Of a stretch of 64,000 nt of DNA, positions 31,008 to 41,259 are shown in pieces. Numbering within the stretch: the stretch's first letter is position 1; each line of letters starts with the position of its first letter. The DNA is from a bacterium (GTDB lineage Bacteria; SAR324; NAC60-12), in assembly GCA_965205865.1 (NCBI GenBank), contig CBDBHR010000027.1:64001-128000 (forward strand), written 5' to 3'. Below the pieces are notes generated by a model. That model had not been told where the DNA came from. It saw only the letters and a program-made list of their open reading frames with translations, and did no database searches. Both the position numbers and the translations under genes were made by a program.

Positions 31008-31832
31008 ATGGATATAGTGCGAAAGCAGTCGATGGTCATTCTGATATTTTTCAGTTTCGTGATCCCCTCCGCTTTTGCGGTGGATCTGAGCGCAAAAGAA
31101 GTGATGGAGAAAGTGGAAGAACGCGACACGGGTGCAACTGTCATGCGGGAAAGCACCATGATTCTCATCGACCGGAAAGGCAGGCAGCGTGTGCGTCAGA
31201 CCAAAATGTATTCCAAAGAAACGGATGAGGGCACGAAAGCGATCACTTTTTTTCTCACTCCTGCCGATGTCAGAAACACGGCCTTTCTTTCCCATGACTG
31301 GGATGATGAAAGCAAAGAGGACGATTCCTGGCTCTATCTGCCGGCATTGCGTAAAGTGAAACGAATCGCCTCCGCAGACAAATCCGGAGCCTTCATGGGC
31401 AGTGATTTTACCTACTCGGATATCGAAGGAGTGGAACTGGAAAATTATGATTTCACCTTTGTCGACGGCAAAGAAAACGAAACGGTGGACGGTTATCCGG
31501 TCTGGGTCATCGAAAGTCGGCCGCAGAATGCCATTGCCGAACAAGTGATCAAGCAAACAGGATACCTGAAAAGCCAGGCGTGGATTCGCAAAGACAATTT
31601 CATGCTCGTTCGAGGAAAATTCTGGGTGAAAAAAGGAAAGAAAATAAAATATTTGACCATCTTCGAGATCGAAAAAATCCAGGATATCTGGACTGCGAAA
31701 AGAATACAGATGGTGACCACCAAAAGAGGGAAAAAAGAACACAGCACCGTTTTGCAAACCAATTCGGTTCAGTACAATGAGTCCCTGGACGACGACATGT
31801 TCACCACGCACCGTATGGAACGGGGGCTGTGA
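31008..31832 (+). CDS. Outer membrane lipoprotein-sorting (LolA-like) protein
   Basis: PADVRNTAFL, WLYLPALRKVKRI, FMGSDFTYSD. Confidence 0.85.
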   Translation: MDIVRKQSMVILIFFSFVIPSAFAVDLSAKEVMEKVEERDTGATVMRESTMILIDRKGRQRVRQTKMYSKETDEGTKAITFFLTPADVRNTAFLSHDWDDESKEDDSWLYLPALRKVKRIASADKSGAFMGSDFTYSDIEGVELENYDFTFVDGKENETVDGYPVWVIESRPQNAIAEQVIKQTGYLKSQAWIRKDNFMLVRGKFWVKKGKKIKYLTIFEIEKIQDIWTAKRIQMVTTKRGKKEHSTVLQTNSVQYNESLDDDMFTTHRMERGL

Positions 31833-33320
31833 ATGAATCGCATCTTTTTGAGACTGGTGGCGCTTTTGGTAGTTGTCAACTGCTCTTCCGCCAACTTTTC
31901 TTACCTGCCCGTAATCCGCGCGCAGGAGATCTCCTCCGAAACAGGGGAAGAATTCGATGAGGATGAGGAAGAGTGGCTCGATGAGGAAGGATTCGAAGAT
32001 TCCGGGGAGGACGCCTTCCAGGAAATCGAGGTGGAGACTCCGGCCGAGACGCGTGTCGACGCCAGCACCGGTTTCAGCGGATTTTTCAAAGAAGAATTGA
32101 ATTACAGCTATCAAAAACCTGATGCCGATTTACCGTTCATGCGAAGCGGAGCGGAGTGGACCAAGATCCGTTCCACTCTGAATTTGAGTTATCAGTTTCC
32201 ACTTTCGGAAAAGTGGAGAGTGAAAGTCAGTGGAAATGCCTTTTACGATGCTTATTACAGTCAGAAAAATCGCAGTGATTTCTCCGCTGAAACTCTGAAC
32301 GTGTTTGAAGCGGAAGCGGAATTACGGGACACCTTCATCGAAGGACCGATCACCGGTTCTTTATGGATCAAAGCGGGACGTCAAATCATGGCCTGGGGAG
32401 AATCGGAAGTCACTGCGATTACGGACGTGGGCAATCCGCGGGACAATCGCGAGTTGGGGCTGGTTGACGTCGAAGATGCCCGTATGCCCGTTTGGGCGAG
32501 CAAATTTTCCTACTCGAATGGAAGCTGGGAATGGAATCTGGTGGCAATTCATGAATTCCGTCCCAACAAAAGGGCCACGCCAGGGGCCGACTTCGATCCT
32601 TATATTGGAATTCCATTCACTGTTGCGCCGGAAGCGCGACCCGGAAGCACGGGAAAGGAAACGGAGTGGTTGCTGCGGTTCTTCAAATCATTCAATGGAG
32701 GCGACGTCGGTTTCGTTGCCGCCGATGTTTTTGCAGACGATCCCTATCTGGATTTCCAATCGCAGAATTCTACTTTCATACCCCGTTATAAGCGGACCCG
32801 GACTTTTGGCGCTTCAGGTAATTATGTCAGTGGCCCCTGGCTGTTCAAATTCGAATTGGCCCGCAAACTTGGTGTGATTTTGGGCCGCAGGGAAGAAGAT
32901 ATCAGGCGCCAATTGAAAAATGAAGTGCCGCACCCGCAAAGCTGGAGCGAGAAAGACCTGACCCAATTCATGTTGGGTTTTGATTACGTGGGAGTGTCGG
33001 ATTTGACAACGACGGTGGAAGTCAATATGACCAGAATCGAAGCCTATGAGCCCAATTTGTTCAATGAGGAGCATCGTGCCACTCTGGCCCTGGCCCTGCG
33101 TTACGACACCTGGTCCAACACGTTGCATCCTCGATTTGTTTGGGTACGACTGCCTCATGACAATGGGGATTTGTTGCGTCTGTCTGCCGATTATGATTTT
33201 ATGGATGCCTTGCAATTGTCGGGAGGAGTGGTTATCTATCAAGCAGATCGAAAAGATGACCTTCTCTATGCCTTCCGTAACAATGATCGCATACTGGTCA
33301 GCATGAAATATAGTTTTTAA
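31833..33320 (+). CDS. DUF1302-like outer membrane protein
   Basis: ELRDTFIE, GRQIMAWG, terminal KYSF; acidic N-terminal linker. Confidence 0.7.
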   Translation: MNRIFLRLVALLVVVNCSSANFSYLPVIRAQEISSETGEEFDEDEEEWLDEEGFEDSGEDAFQEIEVETPAETRVDASTGFSGFFKEELNYSYQKPDADLPFMRSGAEWTKIRSTLNLSYQFPLSEKWRVKVSGNAFYDAYYSQKNRSDFSAETLNVFEAEAELRDTFIEGPITGSLWIKAGRQIMAWGESEVTAITDVGNPRDNRELGLVDVEDARMPVWASKFSYSNGSWEWNLVAIHEFRPNKRATPGADFDPYIGIPFTVAPEARPGSTGKETEWLLRFFKSFNGGDVGFVAADVFADDPYLDFQSQNSTFIPRYKRTRTFGASGNYVSGPWLFKFELARKLGVILGRREEDIRRQLKNEVPHPQSWSEKDLTQFMLGFDYVGVSDLTTTVEVNMTRIEAYEPNLFNEEHRATLALALRYDTWSNTLHPRFVWVRLPHDNGDLLRLSADYDFMDALQLSGGVVIYQADRKDDLLYAFRNNDRILVSMKYSF

Positions 33321-33373
33321 ACCGGAAGCTTCCCCAGAACAAAAAACGGGAAGTCCATTCAAAGGAGAATCCA

Positions 33374-33916
33374 ATGAAAAAACTCATCGTATTGTTGCTC
33401 ATCACTCTCGCTTCTTCCGCAATCCTGCTGGCTGAACTGCCGCTGAACGAAGTACCTCCCCAGGTGATCCTTTCCGGAGACGAGGGCGGATATGTCGACG
33501 GACGCGGGGCTTGGGACAGTGCCACCTTGAAAGAGCAAGTGAGCGTGATTTTTTATGTAGATCCGGATGAGAAGGATTTGAATGACAAAGCCTCCGATGC
33601 GCTCAGCGCGGATGAATCTCTGGGTGAAGCCAGGAAGGCTGGGGAATACGCCTCGTATGCCATCATCAATATGAAAGCCACCTGGATACCCAATGTGATA
33701 CTTAAAGGCGAGATTCAAAAGAATCAAAAAGAATTTCCCAATACCAATTTTGTGTTCGACATGAATGAGATTCTTCACAAAAAATGGAACATTGCCACAG
33801 ACAACAGCGACGTGGTGGTGTTGGATAAAGAAGGGAAAGTCGTCTTCAGCAAAGACGGTAAATTGTCGGATTCCGAAATCCAAGCCATGTTGCAGGCCAT
33901 CCATGCCAGTCTGTGA
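33374..33916 (+). CDS. YtfJ family exported thioredoxin-like protein
   Basis: FYVDPDEKDLN, AIINMKATW, VVVLDKEGKV. Confidence 0.75.
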   Translation: MKKLIVLLLITLASSAILLAELPLNEVPPQVILSGDEGGYVDGRGAWDSATLKEQVSVIFYVDPDEKDLNDKASDALSADESLGEARKAGEYASYAIINMKATWIPNVILKGEIQKNQKEFPNTNFVFDMNEILHKKWNIATDNSDVVVLDKEGKVVFSKDGKLSDSEIQAMLQAIHASL

Positions 33917-33970
33917 ATCCGGTTTTGGCGATCAACATGCGCTGTCTTGGAATTTTTCCGATGGAGTCTC

Positions 33971-34666
33971 GTGCCGGTTTACAAGTTATCAGACGAAGTG
34001 CCGCTTTTTCCTCCTCAAAGCCATGCGGAGCCGGGGGGTCTGCTCGCGGTGGGAGGGGATTTGTCGACCGAGCGTCTGCTGGCTGCATACCGGCAGGGGA
34101 TTTTTCCCTGGTATGAAGAAGGGCAGCCCATTTTGTGGTGGAGCCCGGACCCCCGCTTGATTTTGGAACCCGCTTCCCTCAAAATTTCCCAAAGCTTGCG
34201 CAAAGTTCTCAAAAAGCAAATCTTTCAAATTAAAAGCGATACGGTATTCGAGCAGGTGATCCACGCCTGTGGAATGCCGCGCCGCCACGGCAAAGGGACT
34301 TGGATCACCGGGGACATGCGAAGAGCTTACACGCGCCTGCATGAGTTGGGATACGCCCATTCCGTGGAAAGTTGGTATGAGGAAAAACTGGTGGGGGGCT
34401 TGTACGGTGTTTTTCTGGGAAAATGTTTTTTTGGAGAATCGATGTTTTCCCGGAAGACCGATGCGTCCAAAATCGCCCTGGTGTCCCTGGTGGAACAATT
34501 AAAAAAATGGCAGGTGGAACTGATCGATTGCCAGGTCACTTCCAATCACCTGATCCGTATGGGGGCTCGGGAAATCTCACGTCAGGAATTTTTACGGCGT
34601 TTGAGCCTCGCCGTCGCATCTCCCGCCGTTCCTCGAAAATGGTCCTTTGGCGGCATAGCCAACTGA
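33971..34666 (+). CDS. aat: Leucyl/phenylalanyl-tRNA--protein transferase
   Basis: GLLAVGGDL, AYRQGIFPW, WWSPDPR, FFGESMF. Confidence 0.95.
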   Translation: MPVYKLSDEVPLFPPQSHAEPGGLLAVGGDLSTERLLAAYRQGIFPWYEEGQPILWWSPDPRLILEPASLKISQSLRKVLKKQIFQIKSDTVFEQVIHACGMPRRHGKGTWITGDMRRAYTRLHELGYAHSVESWYEEKLVGGLYGVFLGKCFFGESMFSRKTDASKIALVSLVEQLKKWQVELIDCQVTSNHLIRMGAREISRQEFLRRLSLAVASPAVPRKWSFGGIAN

Positions 34667-34688
34667 TCGGCTTTGCTGGTGGTTCCTT

Positions 34689-35801
34689 TCATGGAAGGCT
34701 GGCTTGATAGACTTGCAGGGTTTTCTTCAAAAACAAATCATGAGAAAAGTGTTGTTCTGCCTGCTCAAAAGCTCCACGGCTCAATTTTCTCAGTAAGCCT
34801 TCTTCTTCCAGGATCTTCCGTAATGCCTCACAGAGTTCTTCTGCCGTGGCAGCTTTTGTAACGATCCCGTTGACTCCGTTTTTTATGATTTCCGGCAGAC
34901 ATCCGGTCGGCGGCGCGATAACCGGGGTTCCCACCGAGATGAATTCCACCGCAACCCGGCAGATCATTTCCGAGTCCAAAGAACTTATGACTCCCACGTC
35001 GACGAATTTCATAATGCTGCGAATGTCTTTACGAAGCCCGATGAATCGGATGTGTGATTGTATCCCCAATTTTTTACTTTTTTCCTGAAGGGCCTGCAAT
35101 TCAGCGCTTTGGGGGTCCGCACTCTTATGCAATACCAGCAATGTAGTGAAGGGCAGGCGTTGCCTCAGTAGCCGGAAACTCTTCAGCAACAAATCATGTC
35201 CCTTCACCGGGCTGATCCTGCCCACAATGGCCAGGGTTCGATGATCCCTGGGAATGCCGAATTCTTTCGCATAGTGGACGCAGGGAGGAAGCTGCGGCCT
35301 GTCGATGGGGTAGTAGATGACGTTTTGTTTGTCTCGGGGAACCTCGATGGTCTTCAATATGCGTCCCAAGACCACTTGTCCCGTGAATATGTGGGCATCC
35401 ACCCAATCTCGATAAATTTTTTGATTGAACCATCCCCCGCGTACCGCGCGAGCGGTTCCCCGAGTACGGATCAGTCTGAATGATTTCAAGGTCCATTTCA
35501 ATAAAACGTATATAAAAAAACCTTCGGAACGATGCGGATTGACGATTTGAATTTGGCGGACGCGCAAAAAATGCTTCAATCGTCGATAGGATTTGTACAG
35601 TCGGATAGGATTGACCGTGTTCAATTCAATGTCCGTCAAAAGCGTCAAGCCACGTTGTTGAAGTTGTCCCGCGTTGGCCGTATGGGGTCGAGTCAGGACA
35701 TAGACGCGATGTCCCGCGCCTTCAAGCAGTTCAGCAGTAATAGCGGCATAGGCGGCATCCGCATTCCACCAGTGCACGTTGCTCCCTATCAAAATATTCA
35801 A
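34689..35801 (-). CDS. GT4 family glycosyltransferase (start uncertain)
   Basis: VGRISPVKGH, FIGLRKDI, GTPVIA...LPEII. Confidence 0.85.
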   Translation of the reverse strand: MNILIGSNVHWWNADAAYAAITAELLEGAGHRVYVLTRPHTANAGQLQQRGLTLLTDIELNTVNPIRLYKSYRRLKHFLRVRQIQIVNPHRSEGFFIYVLLKWTLKSFRLIRTRGTARAVRGGWFNQKIYRDWVDAHIFTGQVVLGRILKTIEVPRDKQNVIYYPIDRPQLPPCVHYAKEFGIPRDHRTLAIVGRISPVKGHDLLLKSFRLLRQRLPFTTLLVLHKSADPQSAELQALQEKSKKLGIQSHIRFIGLRKDIRSIMKFVDVGVISSLDSEMICRVAVEFISVGTPVIAPPTGCLPEIIKNGVNGIVTKAATAEELCEALRKILEEEGLLRKLSRGAFEQAEQHFSHDLFLKKTLQVYQASLP

Positions 35802-35814
35802 GGATTTCTTTGAT

Positions 35815-37206
35815 TTAGAATTCGGCGTTGTTCGGAACTCGGGGAAAGGGGATGACATCGCGAATATTGCTCATTCCGGTGACAAATTGGACCAGGCGCT
35901 CAAATCCGAGGCCGAAGCCGGAATGGGGAACCGTGCCAAAGCGGCGCAATTCCAGATACCAACTATAATGCGTTTCGTCCATTCCCAACTCTCGCATGCG
36001 CTCGAGGAGCAGGTCATGGCGTTCTTCACGTTGGGAACCTCCGATCAACTCGCCCAAATCAGGAAAAAGCACGTCCATGGCGGCCACGGTTTTGCCGTCA
36101 TCGTTCTGCCGCATGTAGAACGCTTTGAGGGTTTTCGGATAATCGACGACAATCAGCGGGCGCTTGAAGTGTTGTTCGGTAAGAAAGCGTTCATGTTCCG
36201 ACTGCAAATCGGAACCCCATTGCACCGGGAATTCAAAAGGATGGTCGGTATTTCGCAGAATCTCCACGGCTTCGTCATAGGTGATTTTTTTGAAAGTGGA
36301 CTGAACGATACCTTGCAAGGTCGCCATCAGGGTCCTGTTGTAGAATTTTTGCAGGAAGGCGAGATCTTCGGCATGGCGCTCCAGGCAGAAAGTGAGTAAA
36401 TACTTCAGAAATTCCTCTGCCAACCGGCACATCTCATCCAAATCACAGAAAGCCATTTCAGGTTCGATCATCCAAAATTCCGCCAGGTGTCGCGAAGTGT
36501 TCGAATTTTCCGCGCGGAAGGTGGGGCCGAAAGTATAAACGTCACTGAGAGCCAGAGCAAAAATTTCGGCTTCCAATTGTCCCGAGACCGTCAGATAAAC
36601 TGGTTTGCCAAAAAAATCCCGGGAATAGTCGAGCGCCCCCGTCTCGTTATTTGGGGGATGCTCCGGATCAAAGGTAGTCACCCGGAACAATTCTCCACTG
36701 CCTTCCGCATCACTGGCGGTGATGATTGGGGCATGGAGATAGTGGAAATGACGCTCCTGGAAAAAGTGATGGACCGCCTGAGCGAGGCCATTTCGCACAC
36801 GGAAGACGCAACCCATCGTATTGGTGCGCGGACGCAAGTGGGCGATTTCCCGTAAAAATTCCAGCGTGTGTCCTTTTTTCTGCAGAGGATAACTGTCTCC
36901 CGGCGCATTGCCATAGATTTTGAGCTTTCGTCCCTGTATCTCGAAGGCTTGCCCTTTTCCGGGAGAAACGACCAAGGGTCCGATCACTTCGATGGCAGCG
37001 CCCGTGTTGAGAGAAAGCACTTGCTCGTAGTTCTGCAAATCCGCGTCGACGATGATCTGAATTCCTTTCTGATTGGAGCCGTCATTGAGGTTGATGAAGG
37101 AGAGGTTTTTTGAATCACGCTTGGTTCGAATCCATCCGCGGACGCAAACCTGCCGGTCACATGGATTTCCTGCTGACAAAGCGTCTATTTTTGTACGTGA
37201 AGGCAT
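35815..37206 (-). CDS. asnS: Asparagine--tRNA ligase
   Basis: [38 protein letters not shown]. Confidence 0.97.
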   Translation of the reverse strand: MPSRTKIDALSAGNPCDRQVCVRGWIRTKRDSKNLSFINLNDGSNQKGIQIIVDADLQNYEQVLSLNTGAAIEVIGPLVVSPGKGQAFEIQGRKLKIYGNAPGDSYPLQKKGHTLEFLREIAHLRPRTNTMGCVFRVRNGLAQAVHHFFQERHFHYLHAPIITASDAEGSGELFRVTTFDPEHPPNNETGALDYSRDFFGKPVYLTVSGQLEAEIFALALSDVYTFGPTFRAENSNTSRHLAEFWMIEPEMAFCDLDEMCRLAEEFLKYLLTFCLERHAEDLAFLQKFYNRTLMATLQGIVQSTFKKITYDEAVEILRNTDHPFEFPVQWGSDLQSEHERFLTEQHFKRPLIVVDYPKTLKAFYMRQNDDGKTVAAMDVLFPDLGELIGGSQREERHDLLLERMRELGMDETHYSWYLELRRFGTVPHSGFGLGFERLVQFVTGMSNIRDVIPFPRVPNNAEF

Positions 37207-37252
37207 GATTTTCCGGAGTCGCGTTTCAGTTCATCAAAGAAGGAGAGGATGT

Positions 37253-39016
37253 TCAGTCCCGGCGATTATTGATTTTCTGCAAAACGATACTTTGGAATGC
37301 TTCAAATGCCAGGATTTGTTGCTCTTGCACGCCATATTTTTTCCAGGTGACCGCTTGCGTTGCCTGTTCTTTTTCCCCCACAATCAACAAATTCGGGATT
37401 TTTGCAGTCGCGCCATTGCGGATTTTTTTGCCGAACGATTGATGGGAATCGTCGACTTCCGCGCGTATAAAATGACTACGTAAGGCGTTCCGCAAGCCCT
37501 GCGCATACTCATTGAAAACAGGAGCAACCGGCAATACCCGCACTTGAACGGGAGAAAGCCAGGTGGGAAAGGCTCCTCCGTAGTGTTCGATCAAAAATGC
37601 GCAAAATCGCTCGTGGGTTCCCAATGGGGCCCGGTGGAGAATGACCGGCCTGTGGTGCTCATTATCGGCGCCAACGTAGGAAAGATCGAATCGTTCAGGC
37701 TGGATCATATCCAACTGGTTGGTTGAAGCGGTTTCTTCTCTACCCACCACGTTGACGATTTGAAAATCGATTTTCGGGCCGTAAAATGCGGCTTCACCCC
37801 TCACGGATTCGTAGGGCACGCCGACCTCATCCATGGCCTCGGTGACGATCTTTTCCGCAGTTTCCCAGACTTGCCAATCGGAAACAAATTTTTTACTGTC
37901 TTCGTCAGACAGGGACAATCGCACCCAATAGTCCTTCAGGCCGAACAGTTCATAATAATCCAGGTGCAAGCGCACCACTCGGATGAATTCATCTTTTACT
38001 TGATCAGGAGCGCAATAAATGTGTGAATCGTTCATGGTGAATCCACGAACCCTGAGCAAGCCCGTCAATTCACCCGACTGTTCGTAACGATAACAAGTTC
38101 CGTATTCCGCCAGTCGCAAGGGCAGGTCCCGGTAGCTTCGGGAGGCCGATTTGTAGATCATGTGGTGAAACGGACAGTTCATGGGCTTGAGATACAGCTT
38201 CTCGCCATCCACTTCCATGGGAGCAAACATGCCTTCCGTATAATAGGACAAATGCCCGGAAGTGGCGTACAGATTTTCTTTGGCGATATGCGGAGTGGCG
38301 ACCCGCTGGTAACCTCCCTGAAACTCCTTTTCCTTGGCCAGTTTTTCCAATTCATCCCGCAAAATCGTACCGTTGGGCAGCCAGAGCGGCAAGCCCTTGC
38401 CGACATCCTCCTCGATAATGAAATATTGCTGTTGCGTGTTGAGCTTGCGATGATCGCGCTCCAAAGCCAATTTGCGCAACTTCAGAAAGTCACGCAGCGC
38501 ATCGCCGGATTCAAATGCCAGCCCATAAACCCTTTGAAGCATCTTGTTTTCTTCAGAACCCCGCCAGTAAGCTCCTGCCAACGAATCGAGCGTGAAACAA
38601 TCCAAGGGAATTTCCCGGGTTGTTGCCACGTGCGGACCTTCACACATGTCCCAAAACGGGCCGTTGTTGTAAATACTGAAAGTGCTTTCCCCTTTTTCCT
38701 TCAAATCGCGGACGTATTCGACCTTATAGGATTGATCCTCGGCTTCCAGCCGGTTTACCAACGCATCGAAGGGTAAATCTTCCCGTTGAAATTTCTGGTT
38801 GGCCTTGATGATTTGCTTCATCTTTTTTTCCAGCACTTTCAAATCCTGCGGAGTCAATGCTTCTTCGAAATCGAAATCATAATAAAATCCTGTATCAGTA
38901 GGCGGGCCAAATCCCAGCTTGGCACCAGGACGGATGTCCAAGACGGATTGGGCCAGAATATGCGCCAGCGAGTGTCTGATTTCGTAGAGATGGGAATTAT
39001 GATCCGGTTTTTCCAT
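37253..39016 (-). CDS. thrS: Threonine--tRNA ligase (short form, no TGS domain)
   Basis: RHSLAH, CEGPHV, KPMNCP, LHRAPLGTHERF. Confidence 0.97.
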   Translation of the reverse strand: MEKPDHNSHLYEIRHSLAHILAQSVLDIRPGAKLGFGPPTDTGFYYDFDFEEALTPQDLKVLEKKMKQIIKANQKFQREDLPFDALVNRLEAEDQSYKVEYVRDLKEKGESTFSIYNNGPFWDMCEGPHVATTREIPLDCFTLDSLAGAYWRGSEENKMLQRVYGLAFESGDALRDFLKLRKLALERDHRKLNTQQQYFIIEEDVGKGLPLWLPNGTILRDELEKLAKEKEFQGGYQRVATPHIAKENLYATSGHLSYYTEGMFAPMEVDGEKLYLKPMNCPFHHMIYKSASRSYRDLPLRLAEYGTCYRYEQSGELTGLLRVRGFTMNDSHIYCAPDQVKDEFIRVVRLHLDYYELFGLKDYWVRLSLSDEDSKKFVSDWQVWETAEKIVTEAMDEVGVPYESVRGEAAFYGPKIDFQIVNVVGREETASTNQLDMIQPERFDLSYVGADNEHHRPVILHRAPLGTHERFCAFLIEHYGGAFPTWLSPVQVRVLPVAPVFNEYAQGLRNALRSHFIRAEVDDSHQSFGKKIRNGATAKIPNLLIVGEKEQATQAVTWKKYGVQEQQILAFEAFQSIVLQKINNRRD

Positions 39017-39076
39017 TCTTTTTACTCCAGTGAGGATGCTTTGCGAGGATTCCTCCTCAAAAAAACACCAGGTACG

Positions 39077-40297
39077 TTATCGGAGAAGTGCTTTCAAGTT
39101 CACATTTTCGTCTGCCAACTGACTACGGGTGACGGATTTGCGACGGGCCATCAGGCGCTTGGCGATTTGCATGACGCGGGGTTGATTGATTGTTATGGTT
39201 GCAGAGAGAAATCCATTTTCTTCAAAAAAGATCGCCCTGCTGTCCTCTTGCGGATTTCCCCGAAGAATAGGCGTCGTCCAACTAGTGGGGACGCCGAGCA
39301 TCTGGATTTTGACGTCGAATTGATCCGACCAGAACCAGGGAATCACTTCAAGTCCGCTGTCATGGTTCAAAATGATTTTGGCCACCGTTTCGGCCGAATG
39401 CATGGCATTGGCCCAGGATTCCAGGCGCAGGGAGTTTTTGCGACTTTCATCGTAACGGTTGGCCGTATCCCCGATAGCGAAGATTTTTTCGTCGGAAGTA
39501 CGCCAGTCACCGTCCACGGCGATCCCGTTGTCGATACGCAAGCCCGCTTCTTCTCCCAGACGGGTTTCGGGGGCAAGTCCAATGCCTACCAGTAAATGAT
39601 CCGCTTCCAGTGACGGTCCATTTGCCAGGATGACCTTGACTTTCTCGGAGTCGATGATCCATTCGTCAGCCTGCGCATCGAGATGAATTCGAATTCCGTG
39701 GCGCCGGTGAAGATCGAGGAGATAGTCCGATAAGATGGGTGGCACCGCACGTGCGCAGAGACGGTCCTGCGCTTCCACGACGGTGACGGCAACATTGTGA
39801 CTGGCTGCCGTGGCAGCCACTTCCAGACCAATCCATCCTCCACCGAGCACCAGCAGACTATTGCCGGAGACCAGGGCCTCTTTCAGGCGTAAAGAATCTT
39901 CAATCGTGCGAATAACGTGCACTCGATCCCCCTGAAGACCGGAGAGGGTACGGGCTCTTCCTCCCGTTGCCAGTACGAGCCGGTCGTAGGCGACGCTGTT
40001 TCCGGAGTGCAGTCGAATCGATTGCTCGGGGCGGTTGATTGCCACTACCGGATCATTTGCCAGAAAATTCAACTGCAACTCCTCAATAGCGCTGTCACTA
40101 TACAAAAGGCAAATATCCGGCTCATCGGCGCCGGAAAGAACCGATTTGGACAAAGGGGGACGTTCGTATGGTAGATGATTTTCATCGCCGATCAAAGTGA
40201 TCGTCCCTGAGAATCCTTCCTTGCGTAAGGATTTGGCGCACCATCCTCCCGCCTGACCGGCTCCCACGATGACAATGGAATCAAGGGTGTCACTCAT
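39077..40297 (-). CDS. FAD-dependent ferredoxin reductase
   Basis: GAGQAG, PYERPPLSK, GGGWIGLE, PWFWSDQ. Confidence 0.92.
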   Translation of the reverse strand: MSDTLDSIVIVGAGQAGGWCAKSLRKEGFSGTITLIGDENHLPYERPPLSKSVLSGADEPDICLLYSDSAIEELQLNFLANDPVVAINRPEQSIRLHSGNSVAYDRLVLATGGRARTLSGLQGDRVHVIRTIEDSLRLKEALVSGNSLLVLGGGWIGLEVAATAASHNVAVTVVEAQDRLCARAVPPILSDYLLDLHRRHGIRIHLDAQADEWIIDSEKVKVILANGPSLEADHLLVGIGLAPETRLGEEAGLRIDNGIAVDGDWRTSDEKIFAIGDTANRYDESRKNSLRLESWANAMHSAETVAKIILNHDSGLEVIPWFWSDQFDVKIQMLGVPTSWTTPILRGNPQEDSRAIFFEENGFLSATITINQPRVMQIAKRLMARRKSVTRSQLADENVNLKALLR

Positions 40298-40374
40298 TTC
40301 AGTTCTCTTTCTTACTCGCGTTGATGACGACGATGCCGTCCGAAAGGGCGACTGCGGCATAAAAAATCCGCCCC

Positions 40375-40689
40375 TTATGCCTGCACCAGAATTTGATCCC
40401 CTTCGGTTTTGACGGGAAATGTCTGCAAGTCACGGTCCGCCGGTCCACTCAGTAACTTGCCATTGGTGATATCAAAGGTTGCTTCATGAAGGGGACACTC
40501 CACTTCACACCCTTCAATGAAACCCTCGGTTAATATTGCAAAGGCATGAGGACAGACGTCCTCTATGGCATGATACTCCTCTCCTATCTGGTAGATTCCA
40601 ATCGCAATTCCATTGACCTCGACCGAAAGAGGTTGATCTACCTTGATTTTGGAAACACTGCCCACCTGGCGCCATTTTGCATCTGACAT
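40375..40689 (-). CDS. Rieske [2Fe-2S] ferredoxin (dioxygenase type)
   Basis: CPH...CPLH. Confidence 0.93.
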   Translation of the reverse strand: MSDAKWRQVGSVSKIKVDQPLSVEVNGIAIGIYQIGEEYHAIEDVCPHAFAILTEGFIEGCEVECPLHEATFDITNGKLLSGPADRDLQTFPVKTEGDQILVQA

Positions 40690-41001
40690 GAAAACTCCTC
40701 TATTAATGCAGTTTGCGTATGATATTCAAGACTTGGAACTATGTTTGATCTCTAAAATAAATTTCCCGGAAAAGGAATCAAGCTAAAATTTTATTTTGGA
40801 AAGAAGAGGGCGTAGGTATGAAGGACGCGCAAAGCTCTTTGCGGGAGGAAGCATATAAGTTGAAAGTTTTATTGGCTTTGTTATTTTCTTTGCACGGCAG
40901 TGGAGAAATCGGATAACCAAAAGAGCAAAACAGGGCGCATGGAAAAATCACGCCAAACCGGTTATCTTGATTTGTATAAGGAATTGAAAAAAGGAGCGCA
41001 G

Positions 41002-41259
41002 ATGGCATTACAAGAAGAATTCGAAAAGGCGGCGGCAGAAGCAACGCAGCTACCCGAGCGTCCGAGTAACGAGGTCCTCCTGGAATTGTACGGCTTGTAC
41101 AAGCAGGGGATGAAAGGAGACGTGAGTGGAGAGGCGCCCGGTATGATGGAATTCGTCGCAAGGGCGAAATACAATGCCTGGCAACAGTTGAAAGGGACGT
41201 CCCGGCAGGAAGCGCAACTAAAGTATGTGGACCGGGTCAATACGCTGAAAGGAGCGTGA
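41002..41259 (+). CDS. Acyl-CoA-binding protein (ACBP)
   Basis: LLELYGLYKQG..GD, AKYNAW; RBS AAGGAG. Confidence 0.9.
   Translation: MALQEEFEKAAAEATQLPERPSNEVLLELYGLYKQGMKGDVSGEAPGMMEFVARAKYNAWQQLKGTSRQEAQLKYVDRVNTLKGA

Noticed and set aside
30987-32114. Long antisense ORFs (also 33359-33904, 24531-25295, 38786-39595, 58367-59107)
   Set aside because: Shadows of well-supported genes on the opposite strand, with no recognisable motifs.
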